Below are positions 12,520 to 24,664 of a DNA stretch of 64,000 nucleotides, in pieces. The notes under the pieces are model-generated. The model was not told the origin of the DNA. It saw nothing but the letters and a program-made list of their open reading frames with translations, and did not search any database. Source of the stretch: Macrostomum lignano. Its lineage: Eukaryota. The DNA lies in NCBI GenBank assembly GCA_002269645.1, contig NIVC01002029.1, positions 124,001 through 188,000 on the forward strand. Reading direction: 5' to 3'. The position numbers and the translations under genes are program-made. Within the stretch, counting starts at the first letter, position 1, and each line of letters starts with the position of its first letter.

Positions 12520-13430
12520 TAGCGCCATTGAGATTGTTTCGGCGCCATTGGGATAGTATTGGCGCCATCCAAATAGTTTTGGCGCCATTGGGATAGTTTC
12601 GGCGCCATCGGATAGTTTTGGCGCCACTGGAATAGTTTTGGCGCCATCGGATAGTTTTGGCGCCACTGGGATAGTTTTGGCGCCACTGGGATAGTTTTGG
12701 CACCACTGGAATAGTTTTGGCGCCACTGGAATAGTTTTGGCGCCACTGGAATAGTTTTGGCACCACTGGAATAGTTTTGGCGCCACTGGGATGGTTTTGG
12801 CGCCACTGGGATAGTTTTGGCGCCACTGGAATAGTTTTGGCGCCACTGGGATAGTTTTGGCGCCACTGGGATAGTTTTGGCACCACTGGAATAGTTTTGG
12901 CGCCACTGGAATAGTTTTGGCGCCACTGGAATAGTTTTGGCACCACTGGAATAGTTTTGGCGCCACTGGGATAGTTTTGGCGCCATCAGGATAGTTTTGG
13001 TGCCACTAGAATAGTTTTGGCACCACTGGAATAGTTTGGGGGCCACTGGAATAGTTTTGGCACCACTGGGATAGTTTTGGCGCCACTGGGATAGTTTTGG
13101 CGCCATCAGGATAGTTTTGGCGCCACTGGGATAGTTTTGGCGCCACTGGAATAGTTTTGGCGCCACTGGGACAGTTTTGGCGCCACTGGGATAGTTTTGG
13201 CGCCACTGGGATAGTTTTGGCGCCATTAGGATAGTTTTGGCGCCACTGGGATAGTTTTGGCGCCACTGGAATAGTTTTGGCGCCACTGGGACAGTTTTGG
13301 CGCCACTGGGATAGTTTTGGCGCCACTGGGATAGTTTTGGCGCCACTGGGATAGTTTTGGCGCCACTGGGATAGTTTTGGCGCCACTGGGATAGTTTCAG
13401 CGCCACTGTGGCAGTTTCGGCACCATGGGC
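12520..13430. repeat. 20-bp array GGCGCCACTGG(G/A)ATAGTTTT
   Basis: Seen directly, IGSF9 intron 5. Confidence 0.95.
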
Positions 13431-13478
13431 ATAGTTTTGGGATATTAGGTATTTGGATGGCCAATCAGACTCCCTCAC

Positions 13479-13789
13479 CAGAGGCAAACTGCACCAGGCT
13501 GTACAACACAGGCGGCTCAGTCGAGTTGCCCATCTGCCAGCTGATTTTCACTCGGCCGCCTTTGACAATTTCAGCTGCCAACCGCACCGGCGCAGCTGGC
13601 AGATGCGGGTACAGCCCCGTGATGTCCTCCTGGGTGACGTAACTCTGGCTCAGCGGCTTCGTGGCCGCGTACCGCCTCTCGGACTCCAGGCTGCGGCCCG
13701 ACTGGCACACGGCTCGAACAAAGAAGGCGTAGTGCGACTCGGGGATGAGACCGAATAGGCTGGCCTGGGAGGCACCTGGCACCGGCACC
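13479..13789 (-). CDS. IGSF9: IGSF9-like exon 5 (end of FN3-1, start of FN3-2)
   Basis: VPVPG...GLIPESHYAFFVRAV resembles LPVPPG...TLEPETAYQFSVLA; RVKISW. Phase 2 in, phase 1 out (GTGAGG). Confidence 0.85.
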
Positions 13790-13824
13790 CTGCTTGCGGG
13801 GCGGGGGGGAGGGGGACTGTTGGC

Positions 13825-14845
13825 GGAATCTCACTGGAATCTCACTGGAATCTAATCTAAATCTCCACTTAAATCTTAGCGGAATCTTGGTAAGAGTTTC
13901 AAAAAAATCTCTCTGGAATCTCACAGGAATCTCAAAGGAATCTCACAGAATCTCACTGGAATCTCACTGGGATCTCACTGGAATCTTACAGGAATCTAAA
14001 ATTTCACTTATCTCACTGGAATCTCAAGGGAATCTCATTTTAATCACTCTGGAATCTCATTTGAATCACTCTGGAATCTCATTTGAATCACTCTGGAATC
14101 TCTCTAGAATCTTACTGGAATCTTTTTAGAATGTCACTAGAAATTCACTGTTGTCTCTTTTAAATCTCACTGTAATCTCTCTAGAATCTCACTGAAATCT
14201 CACCGGAATCTCACAGGAATCTCACAGGAATCTCACTGGGATCTCATTTGAATCTCACTGGAATCTCACTGGAATCTCACTGGAACGTCACAAGAATCTC
14301 ATTTGAATGTCAATGGAATTTCATTGGAATCTCATTTGAATGTCACAGGAATCTCACAGGAATTTCATTCGAATATCACTGGAATCTCACTGGAATCTCA
14401 TTTGAATCTCATTTGAATCTAACTGGAATCTCACTGGAATCTCATTTGAATCTCACTGGAATTTCATTTGAATTTTACTAGAATCTCATTGGAATCTGAT
14501 TTGAATCTCACTGGAATCTCATTTGAATCTCACTGGAATCTCATTTGAATCTCACTAGAATCTCATTCGAATCTCATTTGAATCTTACTGGAATCTCACT
14601 AGAATCTCATTCAAATCTCATTTGAATCTCACTGGAATCTCACTAGAATCTCATTCAAATCTCATTTGAATCTCACTGGAATCTCATTGGAATCTCACTG
14701 GAACGTCACTGGATTCTCATTTGAATCTCACTGGAATCTCATTGGAATCTCACTGGAACGTCACTGGATTCTCATTTGAATCTCACTGGAATCTCATTGG
14801 AATCTCACTGGAACGTCACTGGAATCTCATTCGAATGTCATTGAA
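13825..14845. repeat. 11-bp array GAATCTCACTG / GAATCTCATTT
   Basis: Fills IGSF9 intron 4. Confidence 0.93.
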
Positions 14846-14920
14846 TTACTCCAGAAACGCATAGAGTCGCATATAGTGTTAAAATTGCACAGGAGTTACT
14901 GAATAACTGGCATATCAGAC

Positions 14921-15371
14921 CTGAGGGTCGCCCAGCTCTGCAGCTTGACCTGCTTGTACCAGACGGCGTAGCTCAGCTCCCGACCACCGTCGTAACCGGG
15001 CATCCAGCTGAGATGCGCGCTGAACGGGTCGGTGACCACCGTCAGGTTGTACGGCGGCCTCTCTGGCCGAGCTTCTACCAGCAGCTGGGACTCGGCGAAG
15101 AGCTGCGCCAAGCTGTTGTTCACCAGGCACTGGTACCTGCCGGAGTCCGTCAGCCGCAGACGGCGGATCGTCAGCGCGTTCGGCAGTCGCTGAATTCGTC
15201 TACTGGGGTCGTCGGTGAAGTCGTCGTCTGGGAGCTGCAGCGGGTCGGCATCTTTGAACCAGAGCACCTCGGCGCCGATGCCCAGGCTGTCCAGGTTGCA
15301 GAACAGGCTGGCCTCGCCGCCAACCAGCTGCTGGATGACCGTCTGCGGCCGTTCCCGCATGTACGGCAGGC
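14921..15371 (-). CDS. IGSF9: IGSF9-like exon 4 (Ig5 + start of FN3-1)
   Basis: DSGRYQCLVNN; AHLSWMPGYDGG resembles ANVSWEPGYDGG. Acceptor CCCCCCAG, phase 1; donor GTCTGA, phase 2. Confidence 0.88.
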
Positions 15372-15389
15372 CTGGGGGGCGACGAAACA

Positions 15390-16040
15390 CTGCACCGTCA
15401 CTGTGACTCACTCTGCACCGTCACTGTGACTCACTCTGCACCGTCACTGTGACTCACTCTGCACCGTCACTGTGACTCACTCTGCACCGTCACTGTGACT
15501 CACTCTGCACCGTCACTGTGACTCACTCTGCACCGTCACTGTGACTCACTCTGCACCGTAACTGTGACTCACTCTGCACCGTCACTGTGACTCACTCTGC
15601 ACCGTCACTGTGACTCACTCTGCACCGTCACTGTGACTCACTCTGCACCGTCACTGTGACTCACACTGCACCGTCACTGTGACTCACTCTGCACCGTCAC
15701 TGTGACTCACTCTGCACCGTCACTGTGACTCACTCTGCACCAGCACCCGCATCAGCAGTGACTCACTCTGCACCAGCACCCGCATCAGCAGTGACTCACT
15801 CTGCACCAGCACCCGCATCAGCAGTGACTCACTCTGCACCAGCACCCGCATCAGCAGTGACTCACTCTGCACCAGCACCCGCATCAGCAGTGACTCACTC
15901 TGCACCAGCACCCGCATCAGCAGTGACTCACTCTGCACAAGCACCCGCATCAGCAGTGACTCACTCTGCACCAGCACCCGCATCAGCAGTGACTCACTCT
16001 GCACCAGCACCCGCATCAGCAGTGACTCACTCTGCACCAG
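15390..16040. repeat. Compound 23-bp (x14) and 33-bp (x9) array built on the exon 3 donor junction
   Basis: Shared minus-strand core GTGCAGA|GTGAGTCAC. Confidence 0.97.
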
Positions 16041-16579
16041 TACCCGGATGTCGTGGCTCCAGTCGCCCCAGCCGAGCAGGTTGAGGCAGCGGGATTTCCA
16101 CACGCCAGCGTGTCCGGGCCGCACGGAATCGATTTGCACCTGCGGCTCGGACGTGCCGCCAGCGGACGAATAGTTGTGGGTCCAGACAACCTCGGACACT
16201 GGCGGGTTGGCCAGCACTGGGCAGTTAATCCGGCCAGGCTGCCCCACGGCTAGGAACTGAGTCCTCTGCTCTGAGCCTTCGAACAAAGGCGGATAAATGA
16301 CGTCAACATAGGCGCTGGCGTGCGGCGGGTTGCTACGGCCGTTGCTAGGGACGCAGCGGTACCAGCCGGTGTCGTGCCGCATCAGGGTCGGTATGACCAG
16401 GGTGCCGTTGTCGATGTAGTAGCGGTGGCGCAGGGCTCCGAGCAGGCGGAGGTCCCGGCCGGACCGGAACCAGGTGTAGCTGATGTTGCCCGGGTGTCCG
16501 GTGGCCGAGCAGGTCAGCTCGAGTCTCTGGCCGACCTTCTTTGTCACGTTGGCCGGGGACACTTGAATATAGACTCCGC
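16031..16579 (-). CDS. IGSF9: IGSF9-like exon 3 (Ig3 + Ig4)
   Basis: CSATGHPGNISYTWF...DTGWYRCVPSNGRSNPPHASAYVDVIYP resembles CRAEAYPGNLTYTWY...DSGKYTCVPSNSLGRSPSASAYLTVQYP; GRINCPVLANPP resembles GYIRCPVDAEPP. The 3' boundary is ambiguous because the donor is tandemly repeated. Confidence 0.9.
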
Positions 16580-16699
16580 CTGGAGAGGATTAAAGATTTC
16601 GGGGCTATTGTTGCTGGGGTCTTTCTAGAGCCGAAAATGAGATCAAGGTGCCAAGTTTAGAAGCTACCTGAGTTATCCCTAGATGTTAGCTCCACATCC

Positions 16700-16997
16700 G
16701 TAGATTTTAGCGCCCATCATTCTTAGATTTTAGCGCCACATCATCATTAGATTTTAGCGCCACATCATCCTTTTATGTTAGCGCCACATCATCCTTAGAT
16801 TTTAGCGCCACATCATCCTTTTATGTTAGCGCCACATCATCCTTAGATTTTAGCGCCACATCATCCTTAGATTTTAGCGCCACATCATCCTTAGATTTTA
16901 GCGCCACATCATCCTTAGATTTTAGCGCACATCATGATTTTAGCGCCACATCATCCTTAGATTTTAGCGCCACATCATCCTTAGATTTTAGCGCCAC
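16700..16997. repeat. 24-bp array TTAGATTTTAGCGCCACATCATCC
   Basis: IGSF9 intron 2. Confidence 0.93.
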
Positions 16998-17006
16998 TTT
17001 ACTCAC

Positions 17007-17312
17007 CCTCGATGAGCAGGGTCACGTGAGCTCGATCCGTCCCGAACTTGTTGCTAGCCTGGCACTCGAACAAGCCGCCATGTTGAAAACCCACCGATGC
17101 GATGCTCAGCTGCCCGGAGGCCGTCACCTGGATGTCGCTGCCGCCATCGTCGTCGTGGACGGTGTGAGCAACGTCGGGTCGGAGCCGACGCCCGTTGTGC
17201 AGCCAGGCGACGTCCGGCTGTGGGCGGCCGCGGGCCCGGCAGTTCAGCGTCAGGCTGGAGTGCGGCCGCCGGACAATCGCCGCAGGGAGCTGCGTGAGGA
17301 TTTTCGGCCTCT
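17007..17312 (-). CDS. IGSF9: IGSF9-like exon 2 (Ig2)
   Basis: LTLNCRARGRPQPDVAWLHNG...GGLFECQASNKFG, an I-set Ig domain. CGCAG acceptor, GTGAGT donor, phase 1-1. Confidence 0.9.
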
Positions 17313-17331
17313 CTGCGGATCGGTGGAAGGG

Positions 17332-17646
17332 ATGTACTGGGAATGTACTAGGTATGTACTGGGAATGTGCAGGGTATGTACTGGGGATGTACTGGGAATG
17401 TACTGGGAATGTACTGGGGATGTACTGGGAATGTAGTGGGATGTACTGGGGATGTACTGGGGATGTACTGGGAATGTACTGGGGATGTACTGGGAATGTA
17501 CTGGGGATGTACTGGGAATGTACTGGATATGTACTGGGAATGTACTGGGGATGTACTGGGGATGTACTGGGGATGTACTGGGAATGTACTGGGGATGTAC
17601 TGGGGATGTACTGGGGATGTACTGGGAATGTGCAGGGTATGTACTG
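17332..17646. repeat. 11-bp array GTACTGGG(A/G)AT
   Basis: Abuts the exon 2 acceptor. Confidence 0.93.
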
Positions 17647-18284
17647 CGGATAAGACACTGTGTGCACCCACTAAGCTGGGAGTGGAGCATCAGAAATTGA
17701 ATATTTGAACTTCAATTGAAGCGTAAAGCTTTGGCACTTTGGCACTAGGCGCAGCAATGCTGTACGCAGGCAGGCATGTACACTCTCTGGGCCTTGGGGG
17801 TCGGCACTCATGGGTGTGAATCGCCCTACCAGCTCCAAATGAATGCGTTTGCGAACGGAATCGAACTAAGGGTCGTGTCATTGGCTCCGAGTCCATAGCT
17901 GACACAGTCACCACCAACTCACACACAATGGCAGAAAATATCCCAACTATTCTACACTCAGCCAATCTGCTCAGAAAATGCACCAGAAAAAACCTGCACG
18001 AATCATTGAGTGAAAGTGAATTTACGGAATAGCCAAGTCTGTGTGAATGAATTGCCAATAAGCTTTGGTCCAGTTGGTGGCTAACTTCATTGAAACAATG
18101 GCTCATCAGTCTGTGAATTGCAGTTGGAGGGCACAGATGACTGGGCAGGAACTCCTTGATTGAAGATCAGAGTTAGAGCCATTGTGTTTTAATCACGGAT
18201 TGCTGCTGAGAAAGCAGTTATGCTATCTGCCTGCTGATTCTGGGAACATTAAGAGCTGGCGGCTTCACCGACAGAGAGTGACAG

Positions 18285-19070
18285 AATGAGGGACAGTCAC
18301 TGACAGACAGTGACAGAATGAGGGACAGTCACTAACAGACAGTGACCGATTGAGGGACAGTCACTGACAAAGAGTGACCGAATGAGGGACAGTCACTGAC
18401 AAAGAGTGACCGAATGAGGGACAGTTACTGACAAAGAGTGACCGAATGAGGGACAGTTACTGACAAAGAGTGACAGAAAGAGGGAGTCACTAACAGACAG
18501 TGACAGAATGAGGGACAGTCACTGACAAAGAGTGACCGAATGAAGGACAGTTACTGACAAAGAGTGACCGAATGAGGGACAGTTACTGACAAAGAGTGAC
18601 AGAAAGAGGGAGTCACTAACAGACAGTGACAGAATGAGGGACAGTCACTGACAAAGAGTGACCGAATGAAGGACAGTTACTGACAAAGAGTGACCGAATG
18701 AGGGACAGTTACTGACAAAGAGTGACAGAAAGAGGGAGTCACTAACAGACAGTGACAGAATGGGGAACAATCACTGACAAAAAGTGACAGAATGGGGAAC
18801 AGTCACTGACAGACAGTGACAGAATGGGGAACAGTCACTGACAGACAGTGACAGAATGGGGAACAGTCACTGACAAAGAGTGAAAAAATGGGGGACAGTC
18901 ACTGACAGACAGTGACAGAATGGGGAACAGTCACTGACAAAGAGTGAAAAAATGGGGGACAGTCACTGACAGACAGTGACAGAATGCGGGATAGTCACTG
19001 ACAAAGAGTGACAAAATGGGGGACAGTCACTGACAGACAGTGACAGAATGCCTGACAGACAGTGACAGAA
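18285..19070. repeat. ~32-bp array TGACAGACAGTGACAGAATGAGGGACAGTCAC with a 126-bp higher-order unit
   Basis: The AGGGAGTCAC variant recurs at 18481, 18607 and 18733. Confidence 0.9.
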
Positions 19071-20156
19071 TGCGGATGTGGCAGTCGCTCCAGCTGGCTA
19101 AAAATAGAGTGAAGTTTTACGAAGCCATTCAGAAAGCAGCCAGAGATTTTGCAAGTCTCAAAGAAATGGACAGCAGCTCTCAAGAGCCATCTATTCTTGA
19201 AGCATTTTGCCTGCGGCGGCAACGAAAAGAAGAGGCCGCCAATTCACGGGATTTTCAAACAGCTCGAAGCAGCAGCCACTTGACATGCTCTTGACTTTGA
19301 GTTTCTCCCAGTTGCTGTGCTGTGCTTGTCGAAGCGTGAAGCACTCCCTAACCTTCTAAACACCAGCCCTGCCAGCTCCAGACGGCACTCACCGAAGTCC
19401 ACTCCATCGCTGTAATTCACGCAGCCAGCAAGCAGCAAAAGAAACTGCAGCCTCCTAAACAACTTCATCAAGATTGCAGCTGTCAGTCGCGAGTTCGCAG
19501 TGTTTTAAAAAGCAAATTGAGAAAGGAATCTGCAGGGCTTTGGTTTCCTCAGCGTTGAGAACTGCGACTCAACCGCCTACTAAATGCAGTCTAGCGCACA
19601 ATTGTCCGGCTCCCCGCTGAGGGACAGATGATGATGGAGAATAGGAAGCTGGGGAGGCGGCAGGAAGCCAGGTGGGGTCCCTCTGCAGGTCAGCAGCTGA
19701 CTGATTTGAGCTGCACCTCTGGGCCAATTGGGATTCTGGCTGGCCATCCCTAATCCTGAAGTGCCCCACCCCTTCAACCTGTCCAGCCCTCAGCTTCTTC
19801 CTTTTTATACTCGGCTCAATAAGTGTGTGTGCAGACAAAAAACTTTTTCACGCGGTAGCCAGCTTCACACCTCTACTGTCGGAGCCGGGTGCCGAAGCCA
19901 TGCGAGAAAATAATTTATAACAGCGAGAACACGCCAGTTTAATTTTAACAAAAATTTTCCTATATAGTTCTGATGGACACAGCCTGGGCTATCAATCAGA
20001 TGGCTTCACTTGATTGCATTTTAATAGACTCGAATTGGGACTGGGGCCGCCGTTTTAAATTAACCTTCCTCTCTTGCTATCGAGCCAACCTTTGACAGGT
20101 TGTTGGCGTAAAGTACATTTGCAATGCAGTTAGAGTTAAGAGCTCAGAAGGTCAAA

Positions 20157-23100
20157 GTGTACATTCTAAATGGAACAGCAGGTGGGATGTACATTCTAAA
20201 TGGAACAGCAGGTGGGGAGTACATTCTAAATGGAACAGCAGGTGGGATGTACATTCTAAATGGAACAGCAGGTGGGGAGTACATTCTAAATGGAACAGCA
20301 GGTGGAGTGTACATTCTAAATGGAACAGCAGGTGGAGTGTACATTCTAAATGGAACAGCAGGTGGGATGTACATTCTAAATGGAACAGCAGGTGGAGTGT
20401 ACATTCTAAATGGAACGGCAGGTGGGGAGTACATTCTAAATGGAACAGCAGGTGGAGTGTACATTCTAAATGGAACAGCAGGTGGAGTGTACATTCTAAA
20501 TGGAACAGCAGGTGGGATGTACATTCTAAATGGAACAGCAGGTGGAGTGTACATTCTAAATGGAACAGCAGGTGGGATGTACATTCTAAATGGAACAGCA
20601 GGTGGGATGTACATTCTAAATGGAACAGCAGGTGGAGTGTACATTCTAAATGGAACGGCAGGTGGGGAGTACATTCTAAATGGAACAGCAGGTGGGATGT
20701 ACATTCTAAATGGAACAGCAGGTGGGATGTACATTCTAAATGGAACAGCAGGTGGGTGTACATTCTAAATGGAACAGCAGGTGGGATGTACATTCTAAAT
20801 GGAACAGCAGGTGGGATGTACATTCTAAATGGAACAGCAGGTGGGATGTACATTCTAAATGGAACAGCAGGTGGGATGTACATTCTAAATGGAACAGCAG
20901 GTGGGATGTACATTCTAAATGGAACAGCAGGTGGGGAGTACATTCTAAATGGAATAGCAGGTGGGATGTACATTCTAAATGGAACAGCAGGTGGGATGTA
21001 CATTCTAAATGGAACAGCGTACATTCTAAATAGAACGGCAGGTGGGGAGTACATTCTAAATGGAATAGCAGGTGGGATGTACATTCTAAACGGAACAGCA
21101 GGTGGGATGTACATTCTAAATGGAACAGCAGGTGGGATGTACATTCTAAATGGAACAGCAGGTGGGGAGTACATTCTAAATGGAACAGCAGGTGGAATGT
21201 ACATTCTAAATAGAACGGCAGGTGGGGAGTACATTCTAAATGGAACAGCAGGTGGGGTGTACATTCTAAATGGAACAGCAGGTGGGGTGTACATTCTAAA
21301 TGGAACAGCAGGTGGGATGAACATTCTAAATGGAACAGCAGGTGGGATGTACATTCTAAACGGAACAGCAGGTGGGGAGTACATTCTAAATGTAACAGCA
21401 GGTGGGGAGTACATTCTAAATGGAACAGCAGGTGGGGTGTACATTCTAAATGTAACATAATGTCGGGCGTAATTTCTAAATGGAACAGCAGGTGGGGAGT
21501 ACATTCTAAATGGAACAGCAGGTGGGGAGTACATTCTAAACGGAACAGCAGGTGGGGTGTACATTCGACTAAACGGAACAGCAGGTGGGGAGTACATTCT
21601 AAACGGAACAGCAGGTGGGGAGTACATTCTAAATGGAACAACAGGTGGGGTGTACATTCTAAACGGAACAGCAGGTGGGGTGTACATTCTAAATGGAACA
21701 GCAGGTGGGGAGTACATTCTAAATGGAACAGCAGGTGGAATGTACATTCTAAATAGAACGGCAGGTGGGGAGTACATTCTAAATGGAACAGCAGGTGGGG
21801 TGTACATTCTAAATCGAACAGCAGGTGGGGTGTACATTCTAAATGGAACAGCAGGTGGGATGAACATTCTAAATGGAACAGCAGGTGGGATGTACATTCT
21901 AAACGGAACAGCAGGTGGGGAGTACATTCTAAATGTAACAGCAGGTGGGGAGTACATTCTAAATGGAACAGCAGGTGGGGTGTACATTCTAAATGTAACA
22001 TAATGTCGGGCGTAATTTCTAAATGGAACAGCAGGTGGGGAGTACATTCTAAATGGAACAGCAGGTGGGGAGTACATTCTAAACGGAACAGCAGGTGGGG
22101 TGTACATTCGACTAAACGGAACAGCAGGTGGGGAGTACATTCTAAACGGAACAGCAGGTGGGGAGTACATTCTAAATGGAACAACAGGTGGGGTGTACAT
22201 TCTAAACGGAACAGCAGGTGGGGTGTACATTCTAAATGGAACAGCAGGTGGGGAGTACATTCTAAATGGAACAGCAGGTGGAATGTACATTCTAAATAGA
22301 ACGGCAGGTGGGGAGTACATTCTAAATGGAACAGCAGGTGGGGTGTACATTCTAAATCGAACAGCAGGTGGGGTGTACATTCTAAATGGAACAGCAGGTG
22401 GGATGAACATTCTAAATGGAACAGCAGGTGGGATGTACATTCTAAACGGAACAGCAGGTGGGGAGTACATTCTAAATGTAACAGCAGGTGGGGAGTACAT
22501 TCTAAATGGAACAGCAGGTGGGGTGTACATTCTAAATGTAACATAATGTCGGGCGTAATTTCTAAATGGAACAGCAGGTGGGGAGTACATTCTAAATGGA
22601 ACAGCAGGTGGGGAGTACATTCTAAACGGAACAGCAGGTGGGGTGTACATTCGACTAAACGGAACAGCAGGTGGGGAGTACATTCTAAACGGAACAGCAG
22701 GTGGGGAGTACATTCTAAATGGAACAACAGGTGGGGTGTACATTCTAAACGGAACAGCAGGTGGGGTGTACATTCTAAATGGAACAGCAGGTGGGGAGTA
22801 CATTCTAAACGGAACAGCAGGTGGGGAGTACATTCTAAATGGAACAGCAGGTGGGGTGTACATTCTAAATGGAACAGCAGGTGGGGAGTACATTCTAAAC
22901 GGAACAGCAGGTGGGGTGTACATTCTAAATGGAACAGCAGGTGGGGAGTACATTCTAAACGGAACAGCAGGTGGGGAGTACATTCTAAATGGAACAGCAG
23001 GTGGGGTGTACATTCTAAATGGAACAGCAGGTGGGGAGTACATTCTAAACGGAACAGCAGGTGGGGAGTACATTCTAAACGGAACAGCAGGTGGGGTGTA

Positions 23101-23190
23101 CATTCTAAATGGAACAGCAGGTGCGGAGTACATTCTAAACGGAACAGCAGGTGGGTGTACATTCTAAATGGAACAGCAGGTGGGTTGTAC
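20157..23190. repeat. 30-bp array GTACATTCTAAATGGAACAGCAGGTGGGAT, ~100 copies, with a 543-bp higher-order unit
   Basis: The diagnostic variant ATAATGTCGGGCGTAATT occurs three times, 543 bp apart. Confidence 0.97.
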
Positions 23191-23835
23191 ACTCCTAACA
23201 GATGAAAAAGCATCCGCAAAGTCCGTACTCAGATTTGCGAGCCCAGTTTCTGATTGACAGCTTGACCAGCCTAGCAGCAGCAGCAGCAGCAGCGGTCCTC
23301 TATCTATCTGTTTATTCATATCTTGCCGACTCCTCATATTCATATATCTAGCTGATCCGTCCTGGGCAAATGAAATTTCCAGTTCCTGGGGACAGCGGGG
23401 AAGTTTCTCGATGTCTGCTTCTCAGCTCCATCAGTTCATATCTTCCTGTGCAGTTGCAAGTGCAGCAAAAGAGCTCAGCGTGAGCAGTCGGATGACCATT
23501 TAAATCAATCATCGCCCCGGTCGCTTCTGGCCCACTGCTGCCACCGAAGCGCCAGGATTGACGGAATTGCAAAAGATGTCAATATAAGTATTATAAATAT
23601 ATATGTACGTATGTATATATGTATATATGTATATGTTATCAATGCATTTTTGTGGAGCAGAAACTTTAGTACGCTCGTATACACATGCTAATACTAATAC
23701 CTTTTCACTTCACTGCATGAAGACAAAGCTAAAGAATTAATATTATCTTTAGTAGTTTTCGTGTCTGTATAAATTGTGTTCGAAGAATCTCATTTTTAGA
23801 TATGAAAAAAATTCGTGTGAGTGCAACTATGATTC

Positions 23836-24005
23836 TCGTGAGGTGGATGCAATGTACATTACAGGGGAAGAGAGTAAATCGATATTATCGTGAGGTAGCT
23901 CCAATGTACATGATCGGGGAAGAGATTAAATCGATATTATCGTGAGGTAGCTGCTATGTACATTACCGGGGAAGAGAGTAAATCGATATTATCGTGAGGT
24001 AGGCG
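23836..24005. repeat. 52-bp repeat, ~3 copies
   Basis: TCGTGAGG at 23836, 23888, 23940 and 23992. Confidence 0.85.
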
Positions 24006-24664
24006 CAATGTACTTTATCACGAAGTGAATGCATTGTACATTATCACGACGCGTTGGCGTGTGTAGCTTTGTTTTCGCAGATGAAGTTTACATTTTAGTC
24101 GGCCAAACGCTAACAAAAATACACTTTCAAATGCGGTCAATTTTTAGCGAGTTCGTGACAAGTGCCTGCCATGTGACTCCATTCGAATCGCGTAATTAAT
24201 CAAGTCTAATTCAATCAGGACTAGACGGCCTAGAACTTTAGAGAAATTTTTATCCAGACCTTGCATACAAAGCCAGCTCTCTCCTCGGTTGCCAAGCCGC
24301 AAAATTACCAGAACGTTCCGGGGAACTTTTAGCGGCCCCGAAAAAGATTACTATAGTAGCTTAACTAACTGGCAAACAGGACAGGACAGCCGGGCCTCAA
24401 AGGAGGGAGCCTCCGCTTCACGCTTGAGCGCCAACGCGGGGGTTCTCAGGCTTCGGGTCATGCGTTCGAGCTGGATTTTGGTTCAACAGAGAGCTCTCTT
24501 GTGACGACCCTCTGAACAACACTGACAAGTCTTTTATAGTTCCCCAGTGCAGCCCACAGTTCTGCTCTGGCCTACTAAAAGGCAATTCAAGTGCACTCGA
24601 ACTAATGCGCTTTTCTTGAGACTGGGCTGTTTAAATCAATTTCTATTGCTGTTATTGATCGACT

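Noticed and set aside
18084-18109. Hammerhead ribozyme (minus strand CTGATGAG plus a CATTG/CAATG hairpin)
   Set aside because: Stem II is followed by AAG rather than C-GAAA, and I could not find stems I/III with an NUH site.
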